This document shows, piece by piece, positions 50,188 to 61,400 of a DNA stretch of 64,000 nucleotides. Source of the stretch: Bacteroidota bacterium (lineage in GTDB: Bacteria; Bacteroidota; Bacteroidia; AKYH767-A; OLB10); assembly GCA_016713925.1 (NCBI GenBank), contig JADJOH010000002.1, forward strand, positions 371,701 through 435,700. Reading direction: 5' to 3'. Both the position numbers and the translations under genes were made by a program. How positions within the stretch are numbered: the first letter of the stretch is position 1; each line of letters begins with the position of its first letter. A model generated the notes under the pieces. That model did no database searches. It had not been told where the DNA came from and saw nothing but the letters and a program-made list of their open reading frames with translations.

Positions 50188-50534
50188 AATGCCCCCACCC
50201 TCTTTTCCTTCGGACGAATAAATATATAGTAGCTCAAGACAATGATGACACCGATGGTGAAAAACACAATAGCTATTGGGCGCAAGGTATCGTTGAAGAA
50301 AAATTCTCCGATCATCCAGATGGAATTGGCACAAAGCCAGCTCACCACTGCTATGTTGTGAAAAAGTTCAGAGTTGAGGGCCCGGTGTTTCCAGGTGAGG
50401 TAGATGGCCACAGCAAGGGTGGGTAGGATCATGATTAAACCGGGAATTTTCAAATCCAGCACCCAACAGGTATCCTTGATCAGCCATAGCACGATATGAA
50501 AGTTCTCGTATTCGCGTAATTTGGTATTCATCAT
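50184..50534 (-). CDS. Small hypothetical membrane protein
   Basis: 116 aa with 3 hydrophobic segments. Confidence 0.4.
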   Translation of the reverse strand: MMNTKLREYENFHIVLWLIKDTCWVLDLKIPGLIMILPTLAVAIYLTWKHRALNSELFHNIAVVSWLCANSIWMIGEFFFNDTLRPIAIVFFTIGVIIVLSYYIFIRPKEKRVGAL

Positions 50535-50729
50535 GGGGCTAATATAATTAATATCAAAAAACGAATCAACTTTTTAGTATGCAGGAGACCTGGTTAACTG
50601 GTACCACTTTTTTCAAAAGTATTAAAACAAGGCAAACATTTGTTTGAACAAAATACGAAATTATCACTCTAAAACATAACATTTATCATACTTTGAAAAC
50701 AGGCCAAACAAATTGAATAATATTGCTAA

Positions 50730-51944
50730 ATGAATTCACTACAAAAAATTACAATTATCAGTCTATGTTGTTTTGGAATACCATCTGCAGAGGTAGCAGC
50801 GCAATGGTCCAATATGTCTTCCGGAATAACTGATGGGATCACATCTATCTGTTCTCCATCTCCGGATACGGCCTATGCTGTCAGCACTGCATTCGCTAAC
50901 GGAGGAAAAATCATAGCCACAAAAAATGGAACGAACTGGAATCAGCAATTTTCATCTCCAAAATATCTCCTGACTGTTTTTTTCCGATCTGCTAACCTTG
51001 GTTGGGCGGGTGGCGGTATCATCCCGGGGGGAATTATTTTAAAAACAACTGACGGTGGTAATAAGTGGGATACCATGACCACAAGTCTTTTCCAGATTTA
51101 CTCCATTCATTTTATTAATGATACACTGGGATGGGCCATCGGAAATGATGCCACGCAAGGTACTTGCTATATTTATCATTCCACAGATGGAGGATTGAAT
51201 TGGTCCCAACAATTTTCTGGCTTTGATTATCTTCGAAACATTCATTTTACATCTCCCCTTATCGGTTATGCCGCCGGTGATAACGGAAGAATATTTAAAA
51301 CCATCGATGGAGGTTTAAACTGGCTACTGTTAAGTACGGGTGTTGTTTTTCATTTCAGTGATGTAGAATTTGTTTCAGATTCTATCGGTTGGGCAGTTGG
51401 CTCTTACGTAACTGGAGGATGTTATCACACAACGGATGGAGGAGCTTCCTGGAACGCACAAAATCTTCCGTTCAGCACTCCGCTACGATCGGTTTCGTTT
51501 GTGTCACCGAACACCGGATGGATCTGCGGTGAAAATGGAAAAGTACTTATGACCACCAATGCCGGAACCAATTGGATCGCACAAAATGTACCGGTTACGA
51601 TTAACCTGAACAGCATTCATCTCTCTGATCCGGGCAATGGCTATGCCGCGGGAGAAACAGGGAGCATCATTAAGTATGAAAACAGCACAAGCGCTATCCA
51701 CGAAACGACATTAAATGCTTTGAAGGCTTTCCCAATTCCTACTTCCGGCGAATTGTTTATTTCAGCACCGGAAAATTTCCTGAACAATTACTTCAGCATC
51801 TCCGACTGTTCGGGAAGAATCGTATTTAAGGGCCAGCTAACGGGTAATAATAATCGTATTGATATAAGTCTTTTAGCCAACGGAATTTACTTTCTAAAAT
51901 CAGATATGCAAACAAATGCTCGTTTGAAAATCATTAAGAACTAA
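50730..51944 (+). CDS. BNR/Ycf48-like beta-propeller repeat protein with T9SS C-terminal sorting domain
   Basis: Signal peptide. Repeated TTDGGxxW / STDGGLNW / TIDGGLNW / TTDGGASW motifs. CTD ...GIYFLKSDMQTNARLKIIKN. Confidence 0.65.
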   Translation: MNSLQKITIISLCCFGIPSAEVAAQWSNMSSGITDGITSICSPSPDTAYAVSTAFANGGKIIATKNGTNWNQQFSSPKYLLTVFFRSANLGWAGGGIIPGGIILKTTDGGNKWDTMTTSLFQIYSIHFINDTLGWAIGNDATQGTCYIYHSTDGGLNWSQQFSGFDYLRNIHFTSPLIGYAAGDNGRIFKTIDGGLNWLLLSTGVVFHFSDVEFVSDSIGWAVGSYVTGGCYHTTDGGASWNAQNLPFSTPLRSVSFVSPNTGWICGENGKVLMTTNAGTNWIAQNVPVTINLNSIHLSDPGNGYAAGETGSIIKYENSTSAIHETTLNALKAFPIPTSGELFISAPENFLNNYFSISDCSGRIVFKGQLTGNNNRIDISLLANGIYFLKSDMQTNARLKIIKN

Positions 51945-52346
51945 TCTCTGTTCATTGCCAGACCTATTTTATTCTACTTGGATTATCACTCACCTATGTC
52001 GCCCTTACAGGGCTTGGTTTTGATTTATTTCACGTTCCTATAATAATGGCATCCCTACGGGATTGTTTTAGGCGAAATTCTTAAGACGGGTTCGTCACTT
52101 AAAAAATTTCGATAATGAACCTTCACACTGTAAGCAACTGGGTATCTCACGCGCGCAACCTCAACACTAAAAAACAAATCCCTCAAGACGAGCGAGGAAT
52201 TTAACCCTCAGAGATTAAAAGTGAGATCTATTAAGATATTCTTTACTCTTTTACAAACTGTGCCAAGAACACTTCTTTTCCGTGTTTAGTCTGCATCACT
52301 GAACAGCAGGAAAACCCGGTATTCACCTTTTATGTAATTTTGTTTA

Positions 52347-53024
52347 ATGATTAAAAAGGTACTTCGATTACTTACCCGGATCGTTCTGGGATTTCTTATC
52401 ATCAGCATTCTGAGTACCTTACTTTTCAGATTTATACCCGTACCGGCAACACCTCTTATGATCATTCGCTATTTTGAGATGGAAGATGGTAAAATTGATA
52501 AAGACTGGAAATCTTTGGAAGAAATATCTCCAAACCTGCCTTTAGCAGTTGTCACTGCCGAAGACCAGAAATTTGAAGAGCATTTTGGGTTCGACCTTGA
52601 TGCTATTGAGAAAGCGGTAAAGTACAATGAAAAACATAAAGGGAAGAAAGTTAAAGGGGCTTCTACAATAAGTCAGCAGACGGCGAAAAATGTTTTTCTC
52701 TGGCCCGGAAGAAGCTGGGTACGTAAAGGGCTGGAAGTCTATTTTACTTTTCTCATTGAAATTTTATGGAGCAAGGAACGCATCATGGAAATGTATTTGA
52801 ACGTGATTGAGATGGGTCCCGGTGTTTATGGAGCGGAAGCAGCTGCACAATATTATTTCGATAAACCTGCAGCCAAACTTACCAAAAGCGAATCCGCAAC
52901 GATCGCTGCCATTCTTCCCAATCCTATTCGCTGGTCGGCCAGTAAACCGACACGTTACATCATTAAAAAACGAAACTGGATTTTACGGCATATGGGAAAA
53001 ATTGAATTGAAAGAAATGCCTTAA
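52347..53024 (+). CDS. mtgA: Monofunctional biosynthetic peptidoglycan transglycosylase
   Basis: GT51 motifs EDQKFEEHFGFD and GASTISQQTAKN. N-terminal TM anchor. Confidence 0.8.
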   Translation: MIKKVLRLLTRIVLGFLIISILSTLLFRFIPVPATPLMIIRYFEMEDGKIDKDWKSLEEISPNLPLAVVTAEDQKFEEHFGFDLDAIEKAVKYNEKHKGKKVKGASTISQQTAKNVFLWPGRSWVRKGLEVYFTFLIEILWSKERIMEMYLNVIEMGPGVYGAEAAAQYYFDKPAAKLTKSESATIAAILPNPIRWSASKPTRYIIKKRNWILRHMGKIELKEMP

Positions 53025-53042
53025 TGTCTTTTTAAAACGCTG

Positions 53043-53600
53043 CTAAAATCCAACGTTAATCCCGGTACGAATTATCGGATTCTCGTAAATCTGATAATCG
53101 CTTTCAATCACATTAAACAATACCATCAGGGTTAAAGCAGAACTGCGTCCGAATTGTTGGGTATATCCACCACCCAAAAAAAGACTGCTGACATTTTTAC
53201 GAACCAATTTGGTAAAGAGCAAATCGGGGACTTCTATATTGACCATTTCATATTCAGAATACAGCAACACACTTTCGAGGACTTGATATTGTAAAAAAGT
53301 ACGTCCGCCATAGGTATGCGTTTCGTATTTGTAATTTCTATCCCGGTGATCTTTGAAATAGGTATAAGTAGGACCTAAGCCTGTCCCCAGTTTATCTGTC
53401 AAACGGTAACCAATAATCGGAGAAACGGCTATATACGTTAAGGTGCCGAAATTCAATCCGATATTTCCTCCAAAAAACAGACGGTCGCGAAGGGGCGTAC
53501 GGGGTTTTTCAGGCTGGGGCGCAACAACGGGACCGCTATCCTGAGCCGACAATTGAATGGCCATGAACAGGATACAGATGCAGATGATACTTTTTTTCAT
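53043..53600 (-). CDS. Hypothetical outer-membrane beta-barrel protein
   Basis: Signal peptide ...LSAQ. Alternating amphipathic strands. C-terminal ...GINVGF. Confidence 0.45.
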   Translation of the reverse strand: MKKSIICICILFMAIQLSAQDSGPVVAPQPEKPRTPLRDRLFFGGNIGLNFGTLTYIAVSPIIGYRLTDKLGTGLGPTYTYFKDHRDRNYKYETHTYGGRTFLQYQVLESVLLYSEYEMVNIEVPDLLFTKLVRKNVSSLFLGGGYTQQFGRSSALTLMVLFNVIESDYQIYENPIIRTGINVGF

Positions 53601-53668
53601 ATTCTTTCAAAATCAAAGGTACAACATCCAATCATTTTTTTTCCTTTGTAGCTAAGAATTTACAAAGA

Positions 53669-54376
53669 ATGGACAACCCTAAAACATATCTGATTACCGG
53701 AGCATCTTCGGGCATTGGATATGAAACGGCTTTAAAATTAGCGCATGAACCTTTTACTACAGTTATCGCTTTAGCTCGTACGACAGATAAATTGCATCAG
53801 CTGGTGCAGCAATCGGGAGGAAAAATTATCATAAAAACTTTCGATCTCGAACAGGAAGATCCGATGGTGATTGCTGATTTTCTTCATTCATCCGGCATAA
53901 AAAGTTTGAATGGAATCATCCACAATGCCGGCTTCCTGGTGAACAGGGCTTTCGGAGAAATCAGCAAGGAAGAATTGGAACAAAGCTATCGGGTCAATGT
54001 CTTTGCGCCCTTCCGGCTGACGCAAGTATTGTTGCCACTTTTAACTGCGGCTAAGGGAGCGCATATCCTTCATATCAGCTCTGTAGGAGGTGTACAGGGA
54101 AGTGTGAAATTTGCGGGCCTGAGTGCTTATTCCAGCAGCAAGGGGGCTTTATCCGTATTAACGGAATGCCTGGCCTTAGAATTAGCACCTGCTTCCATAA
54201 AAGTAAACTGCCTTGCATTAGGGGCGGTTCAAACAGAGATGTTAAACGCCGCATTTCCGGGATATGAAGCTCCGTTAAAAGCACATGAAATGGCTGATTT
54301 TGTGAGTTGGTTCTTGTTAAACGGGCATCGGTTTTTTAACGGAAAAATTCTGCCTGTCGCTTTGAGCACGCCTTAG
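53669..54376 (+). CDS. SDR family oxidoreductase
   Basis: TGASSGIGYETA Rossmann motif and YSSSKGAL catalytic motif. Confidence 0.75.
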   Translation: MDNPKTYLITGASSGIGYETALKLAHEPFTTVIALARTTDKLHQLVQQSGGKIIIKTFDLEQEDPMVIADFLHSSGIKSLNGIIHNAGFLVNRAFGEISKEELEQSYRVNVFAPFRLTQVLLPLLTAAKGAHILHISSVGGVQGSVKFAGLSAYSSSKGALSVLTECLALELAPASIKVNCLALGAVQTEMLNAAFPGYEAPLKAHEMADFVSWFLLNGHRFFNGKILPVALSTP

Positions 54377-54576
54377 TATAAATCAAATAACCAATGGATT
54401 TAGATTGACAGCGTCATAATGTTTACGGATTTTAACACGGAGGAAACAGAGGTGACACGGAGACAACTTCGCTAAAGCTTCGATGTCCAAGGGCTTCACA
54501 GAGAGCTTGCGCTTTGAATGACATTCTTTTCCGTCTGAAGCTAAGAGATCAGTATTGAATTATACCTCCAAGCGGA

Positions 54577-54924
54577 TCAATCCTCCTCTTCCTGCGCTAT
54601 ATATTTTCCATCCAGAATATCAAATATTTTATAGCCCTTCAAGGGTATCACACTTGTCGTTTGATCCAGGAGGGCGGCAACATTAAAAATAACTTCCTTT
54701 TCCTGTATTTCTTTCGCATCAAAGGTGATCAGCAAACAGGAAGATTCGACATGATACCCCCAAAATTCCACGCCCTTCAGCCGTTTGAGATGATGTTGAA
54801 CACTCTTTACAGTGGCTTCGTTCAGGTGCCTTATTCTTAAAATCAACTCATTGCCTGCATCCAGCCGCGCAGAGCAGAGCGAGAAACAGAGTAAGAGAAA
54901 CATCAACCGAATCACACGCATCAC
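54577..54924 (-). CDS. Hypothetical secreted protein
   Basis: 115 aa with an N-terminal signal peptide. Confidence 0.35.
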   Translation of the reverse strand: MMRVIRLMFLLLCFSLCSARLDAGNELILRIRHLNEATVKSVQHHLKRLKGVEFWGYHVESSCLLITFDAKEIQEKEVIFNVAALLDQTTSVIPLKGYKIFDILDGKYIAQEEED

Positions 54925-55033
54925 CCTGGAAAGTTATAGCCGATACTGCCAAAAAAAGAACATTTTTCCGAATAATCTTACAACCACAAAAGAATGGTTC
55001 CGGCGATGAAAATATCCGGCAAGAAGTGTAATT

Positions 55034-56950
55034 TTGAAACAACAGAATCAGCCTATGAAATCACACATCCGAACCGTTGAAGAATACAAAGATGCCTATG
55101 ATAGAAGCATACGAGATCCTGAAAAATTCTGGGCAGAAATTGCAGAAGAATTTCAATGGATGAAGCCCTGGGATCAAGTGCTGGAGTGGAACTTTGATAC
55201 TTTCGACGTGAAATGGTTCAAGGGCGCCCAATTGAATATCACGGTGAATTGCCTCGACCGCCATCTCGAAACAAGAGGAGATCAGATTGCTATTCAATGG
55301 GAACCTAATAATCCTGAAAAACATAATCGTCATTTGACGTATCGTCAGTTGTATGCAGAAGTTTGCAAAACAGCCAATATGCTTTTGTCAGCCGGAATTA
55401 CAAAAGGTGATCGTGTTTGTATTTATATGCCGATGGTACCTGAGGCGGCGATAGCTATGCTGGCTTGCGCGAGAATCGGTGCTGTACATTCAGTGGTGTT
55501 TGCGGGATTTTCCGCACAATCCTTATCCGATCGCATCAATGATTCCGGATGTAAAATGGTGATTACTGCAGATGGTGCATTCAGAGGAGCGAAATCGATT
55601 GGATTGAAAGAAATTGTTGATGAAGCATTGGAGACATGTCCGACGATAGAAACGGTAATCGTATTGCGACATACATTACAGGAATGTCAGTGGAAAGAAG
55701 GGCGGGATCAATGGTGGCATGAAGCTATTAAAAATTGCAGTGAAGTATGCGATCCGGTGCCGATGGATGCGGAAGACATGCTATTTATTTTATATACCTC
55801 CGGTTCAACAGGAAAACCCAAGGGCGTTGTACATACTACCGCAGGGTATATGGTCTGGACAGCATACACTTTTAAAAATGTATTTCAGTATCAGCAGGGA
55901 GACTTATACTGGTGCACGGCTGATGTGGGATGGATTACCGGACATAGTTATATTGTTTACGGTCCCTTACTGGAAGGTGCCACCACTTTAATGTTCGAAG
56001 GTATACCGACATGGCCCGATGCCGGACGTTTCTGGCAGATCATTGATAAATACAAGGTCAATATTTTTTATACCGCTCCTACTGCTCTCCGTTCGCTGAT
56101 GGCTTATGGAGATGAGTTCGTATATCCCTATTCGTTAGCCTCACTTAAAACGCTTGGTTCGGTGGGAGAGCCCATCAACGAAGAAGCATGGCAATGGTAT
56201 TATGACAATATCGGCAAAGGCAATTGTTCGGTGATCGATACATGGTGGCAAACAGAAACGGGCGGCATCCTCATCTCTCCGTTGGCGCATATTACTCCTG
56301 CAAAACCAACGTATGCTACTCTACCTTTACCCGGTGTTCAACCTGTCCTGGTTGATCATGAAGGCAAGGAATTGCAAGGGATTAATCAGGAAGGAAATCT
56401 TTGTATCAAATTTCCATGGCCCGGAATGTTGCGCACTACTTATGGAGATCATGAGCGTTGTCGACTTAACTATTTCGCGACATTTAAAAACCTTTATTTT
56501 ACCGGAGATGGAAGTCGCCGCGACCATGAAGGGAATTATCGCATCATTGGCAGAGTAGATGATGTGATGAATGTCTCCGGACATCGACTTGGTACAGCAG
56601 AAGTGGAGAATGCCATCAACGAACATCCACATGTTATTGAATCGGCAGTGGTCGGATATCCGCATGCCATCAAGGGACAGGGAATTTACGCGTATGTGAT
56701 CTGCGATCATCTTCCGGAACATGCTGATCAACGTAAGCGGGAGATTCTGGAGATAGTCAATAAAGTCATCGGACCCATCGCCAAGCCAGACAAAATTCAG
56801 TTTGTCACCGGGCTGCCGAAAACCAGATCCGGAAAAATCATGCGCAGGATACTCCGAAAAATAGCAGAGGGAGAACTGACCCATCTCGGCGACACCTCTA
56901 CCCTGCTCGACCCTGCGGTGGTGGAAAGTATTAAGGAGGGAGTGGTGTAG
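55034..56950 (+). CDS. acs: Acetyl-coenzyme A synthetase (acetate--CoA ligase)
   Basis: AMP-binding motif YTSGSTGKPKGV and overall Acs architecture. 638 aa. The start could be the in-frame ATG at 55058. Confidence 0.85.
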   Translation: MKQQNQPMKSHIRTVEEYKDAYDRSIRDPEKFWAEIAEEFQWMKPWDQVLEWNFDTFDVKWFKGAQLNITVNCLDRHLETRGDQIAIQWEPNNPEKHNRHLTYRQLYAEVCKTANMLLSAGITKGDRVCIYMPMVPEAAIAMLACARIGAVHSVVFAGFSAQSLSDRINDSGCKMVITADGAFRGAKSIGLKEIVDEALETCPTIETVIVLRHTLQECQWKEGRDQWWHEAIKNCSEVCDPVPMDAEDMLFILYTSGSTGKPKGVVHTTAGYMVWTAYTFKNVFQYQQGDLYWCTADVGWITGHSYIVYGPLLEGATTLMFEGIPTWPDAGRFWQIIDKYKVNIFYTAPTALRSLMAYGDEFVYPYSLASLKTLGSVGEPINEEAWQWYYDNIGKGNCSVIDTWWQTETGGILISPLAHITPAKPTYATLPLPGVQPVLVDHEGKELQGINQEGNLCIKFPWPGMLRTTYGDHERCRLNYFATFKNLYFTGDGSRRDHEGNYRIIGRVDDVMNVSGHRLGTAEVENAINEHPHVIESAVVGYPHAIKGQGIYAYVICDHLPEHADQRKREILEIVNKVIGPIAKPDKIQFVTGLPKTRSGKIMRRILRKIAEGELTHLGDTSTLLDPAVVESIKEGVV

Positions 56951-57056
56951 ATGCTAAGCAATTGTATTCATTCAATATTGACATTGATTGCGCTTCATGT
57001 ATATTTGATTAATTAAATGAAATATTCTTATCCGGAAAATATTAATCCTGCAAAAC

Positions 57057-57323
57057 ATGAACAAAGGAGACAAAATATTTGAACTCATTGGATGGATTCG
57101 TATCCTCATCTCTCCCTTACTTGCCGGATTCATCATTGGCGCTATCGTTTACCTGATCTATCCGGATCAAAACGGAATCATAGCTGCGGTAGCGATTAGT
57201 CTGGCAGGTTTAATTACAGGAATACTTTGGGCGAACAGCAAATTGAAAGGAAAGGGAACTATTCATTTCGTATCGCGGGTTATGGCGACTCCGGAATTGG
57301 ATAAAGATGCTGATACCAAATAA
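57057..57323 (+). CDS. Small hypothetical membrane protein
   Basis: 88 aa with two TM segments. Confidence 0.35.
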   Translation: MNKGDKIFELIGWIRILISPLLAGFIIGAIVYLIYPDQNGIIAAVAISLAGLITGILWANSKLKGKGTIHFVSRVMATPELDKDADTK

Positions 57324-57358
57324 TTTCTTCGGAGATAATAAATCATATTCTCTATTTA

Positions 57359-58411
57359 TCACTTCCTCACCAACTTCACCGGCTCCGTAGTATTATCTCC
57401 TGAAATGAGTTTCAGGAAATAAATACCGGGAGGAAGATCATTGAGGATACTCAGGTTGACCGAATTTGATCCGCGTGAAACATCCATACTCTCCCGGAAG
57501 GAAACTGTTCCCTGTACATTGTAGAGCATGAACTCGGCCACACCTTCTATATCACTGCTGAAATTAACCTGTAGTTCATTGATGAAAGGGTTGGGTCCGA
57601 CAGAAGTCATGGAAAACGATTTATCGGACTTGCCAAAATCGAGCAATACGGCTCTGAAAGTTTCATTTTCACCGTTATAGTCCGTTTGCTTTAAACGGTA
57701 ATACGAGCGACCTTCCAATGGAGATTGATCGATAAAACTATAGTCTTTTCGGGTAACGGTATTTCCGGAGCCGTTCACAGTGCCAAGAGATGTAAACTCT
57801 CCTCCATCACCACTGCGTTCAATGGTAAAATAATCATTGTTCTTTTCCGTTTGTGTAGCCCACTTTACTACGGCTGTACTTCCTTCCCTCTCAGCACTGA
57901 AACTGATTAACTCAATAGGAAGAGAATTCGCTGCACTGCTTGTTCCAAGCGCAAAAATACCGTATGGTGTTCCGGGAAGATTGGATTGCAGCGTTCCCGT
58001 AGAAACATCTCCGGAAACCGATGCATTCCCCAGGTCATTCCAACGCGAAGCAAGCACATCCCATCGCGCTACTCTTAAATCACCGATGGCAGAAATACCA
58101 CAACTGACCGGACTCTGCCAGGAAAGAGATATTCTCACATTTGAACTTCCCAGGTTGCGTTGAAATGCCCAGTACTCACAACGGCTAACATTGTAGAGTG
58201 AAGACTCCCGGTTATTCACAGGATAAATGGAATCAGGATTTGCTTTAAAGTACTCCGCGGTGTATTGCTCTGTTGATGATGAAGGCGCCGTCATTCCGAT
58301 CGGACGATACACACCATTCGCACCCACCGGAAAAGTGAAGGCTGCATTTCCGATTTTTCTCACCGGACCTTCTACATAACTGGTATTGGAAACATTTGTT
58401 ACTGTTGCCAC
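57359..58411 (-). CDS. T9SS C-terminal-domain fragment, probably the C-terminal 350 aa of the adjacent 58420-61929 adhesin (frameshift)
   Basis: No signal peptide. GTG start. CTD ...PPGIYFLKLISGDNTTEPVKLVRK. The upstream ORF ends 9 nt away in another frame, next to an A5 run. Confidence 0.5.
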   Translation of the reverse strand: MATVTNVSNTSYVEGPVRKIGNAAFTFPVGANGVYRPIGMTAPSSSTEQYTAEYFKANPDSIYPVNNRESSLYNVSRCEYWAFQRNLGSSNVRISLSWQSPVSCGISAIGDLRVARWDVLASRWNDLGNASVSGDVSTGTLQSNLPGTPYGIFALGTSSAANSLPIELISFSAEREGSTAVVKWATQTEKNNDYFTIERSGDGGEFTSLGTVNGSGNTVTRKDYSFIDQSPLEGRSYYRLKQTDYNGENETFRAVLLDFGKSDKSFSMTSVGPNPFINELQVNFSSDIEGVAEFMLYNVQGTVSFRESMDVSRGSNSVNLSILNDLPPGIYFLKLISGDNTTEPVKLVRK

Positions 58412-58419
58412 GGATGAAC

Positions 58420-61400
58420 CTAGCGTAAAAAGATTAGCGGCATTGAGTAAACAATTCCGGAAGTCAGGTTCAGAGAATGACTCACGGTAACGGGTACATT
58501 TAAACGCACATCACCACCGGGTTTATCCACTATCATGCGACGTATAACAGGAGGGAACAAGAGATGACCTCTTATTTGTTGCGTTGTGTTTCCATTCAGT
58601 GTAACAAAACCGGCACCTGAATTAGCAAAAGTAATAGCCGTAGTTGAACTGTCGGTTAAAATATCACCGCCAAATGTACAGATACTATTACTTGCAGGTG
58701 ATAAAACACCGGCACCTGTTTGAATAAAAGAGGCATTGCTGTTAAAGTCATCGGGATTAGAATTTGCCAATACGAAACTACCGGTTCCACTATTTTTAAT
58801 GATGACGTGCTGATTAAAAATATTTCCACCATTTGAAGTATTTCCTCCAGCGCCGTTCTTTTCGACACGGGCTGTTGAATTAAAAACTGCACCGTGCAAA
58901 TACACTTGAGGAAAACTGAAGTCAACCGCTCCATTAAAAGTTGAATTTAAACTTAAATACAGCGCCGCCGTTCCGCTCGTCATGGCGAGTGATTGAGGAG
59001 TATTTCCTACTTGAGTAAATCTTCTCAAATTCAACTCACCTCCCGTATAATTCCCTGCTCCGATTAATATCCTTTTCCCATCTGCCAGTTGAGAGGAACC
59101 ATTGCCACCGCCGAAACGGATGCCTGCTGAGCCTGTACTATTTAGAATCAGATCCGCGTTGAACTCGGTTACACCTCCATTGTATCCCACATGAATTAAT
59201 CCTGATCCTGCGTTGGTAAATTCAACGACATCATTAAAAACATCTCTGGTGGAATTCGCCAACAAGAGATATCCGGTTCCGGAATTCATAAAAGAAGAAG
59301 AAGCATTAAAAATATTATTCCCATTACCGGCATCGTTTGCTGCCCCGGTTTTAGTGACAGAAATTGTTCCATTAAAAGTCGCACCATTAAAACAGATACC
59401 TCCACTGTTTATGGAAACATCTCCATTCAAAACCAAAGCAGGTCCCAGATTAAGTATGGCCCCTGTCCCCAGTGTAAAGGAAAGAGGGTTGGCACCCGTC
59501 TGTGTGAAGCGGGAAAGGTTTAATGAACCGGAATTGAAGCCCGATGTTCCCACAATAAATGTTTTACCTGTGGCCAACGAAGATGTACCTGTGCTCGCAC
59601 CAAACCGTATGCTTCCGTTACTTGTAGAGGAAACTATAATATTTTCATTAAACTCTGTATTAGTGCCTCTGTGTGCTAAATAAATTATTCCACTTGAATT
59701 TGTCGTTGCTGAAAGAACTCCATTATAAATATCTCTCACTGAATTAGAAAAAACCATATAGCCCGTACCATTATTCACGATAGAAAGAGAATCGCTAAAA
59801 ACGTTATTTCCGTTTCCGGTATTATTTCCTGCCCCTGTTTTTAACAAACTCACTTTTCCACCAAATGTACCACCGTTCATACACACTCCTCCGGCTTCCA
59901 CATTTAAAGGACAAGCCATCTGAGCTGCCGGACCAATGGTTACAGTAGCATTTGGTCCGGTAGAAATAGTTTGAGGAATTGTTGCTGACATGGTTACAGC
60001 ACCTAACATCAGATCTCCGCTCACAAAACCTGCATTCCCTGCTAATATGGATTTTCCATCTGCCAAAATAGCCGTTCCATTGCCTGTGCTGATTCGAACT
60101 CCACCTCCACCACCTGAGCTGTTGAGGAAAACATTTTCGTTAAAGAGTGTATTCGTTCCCTTATGCGCCACATAAATGGTACCTGTACCATTACTGCTAA
60201 AAGTAGCCGGAGCATTAAAAATATCTCTTGTACTATTCGACATGACCATATAGCCTGTGCCATTGTTAATCACGTGTACGGAATCATTGTAGGTAGTATT
60301 GCCACTGCCATTATCATTCGAGCTTCCTGTCTTTACTGCTGTTAACTTCCCGTTGAAAGTACAACCGGATAAACACATTCCACCACTTGTTACAGTTACA
60401 TCATCTGCAAAGGAGGTAGAAGGTCCTAGTGTAAGCGTAACCGCATTACCCAAACTTAAATCAAAGTTTCCGGCCGGAAAAGCAATACCGCCCAATTGTA
60501 AACTTCCGCTTTCAAATCCCGCCCCACCTACTCTGATGGATTTACCCGCTGCCAGCATTGAAGTACCTGCAGCATTACCAAAACGAATGCTTCCTGTAGA
60601 AGTACTACTTACATTCACATGATCATTGAACTGAGTATTGACACCGTTATGTGCGACATAAAGGACTCCGGTACCAGTACTGTTAAATGTCACTTCTCCA
60701 TTGAAAATATCTCGGGTAGAATTGGAAAAAGACATGAATCCTGTTCCCTCGTTGGTTATCACGGTGGTACCATTGTAGGTATTATTCCCTGAACCGTGCG
60801 TGTTGGCAGCTCCGTTCTTAGTGATATTTACATCGCCATTAAACACAACCCCGTTCAGACTAACGCCCGGACTTACCGCTATAAAATCAGATGGAAAAGT
60901 AGTTGCAGGTCCCAATGTTAAAACAGCACTTCCGTTTAATGTAAGTGACTGATCTGAACTACCGGCTATGGACATACGTGATAATTGAAGTGTTCCGCCG
61001 GAAAACCCGGTATTGCCAATAGTTAATTGTTTATCTGCTGCCAGTATGGACGTACCATTGCTTCCTCCAATTCTAATTCCTCCCCCGGTACTGTTAAAAA
61101 TCAGATTCTCATTAAACTGTGTATTTGTTCCATTATAGGCGATGTAGAGGACTCCGGCGCCCGTGCTATTTAAAGTTAAAGGAGCATTATAAATATCGCG
61201 GGTAGAATTCGAAAAAATCAAGTACCCCGTTCCTGAATTGGTAATAAAAGTGGAATCATTGAAAGTATTATTCCCTGAAGCAACATCATTGCTTGCACCT
61301 GTTTTAGTCAACCGGGTGATCCCATTAAATGTAGTATTTCTTACAGTCACAATTCCTGAATTCACTTCAATATCCGTATGAATAGTCGGTCCGGCTGAAC

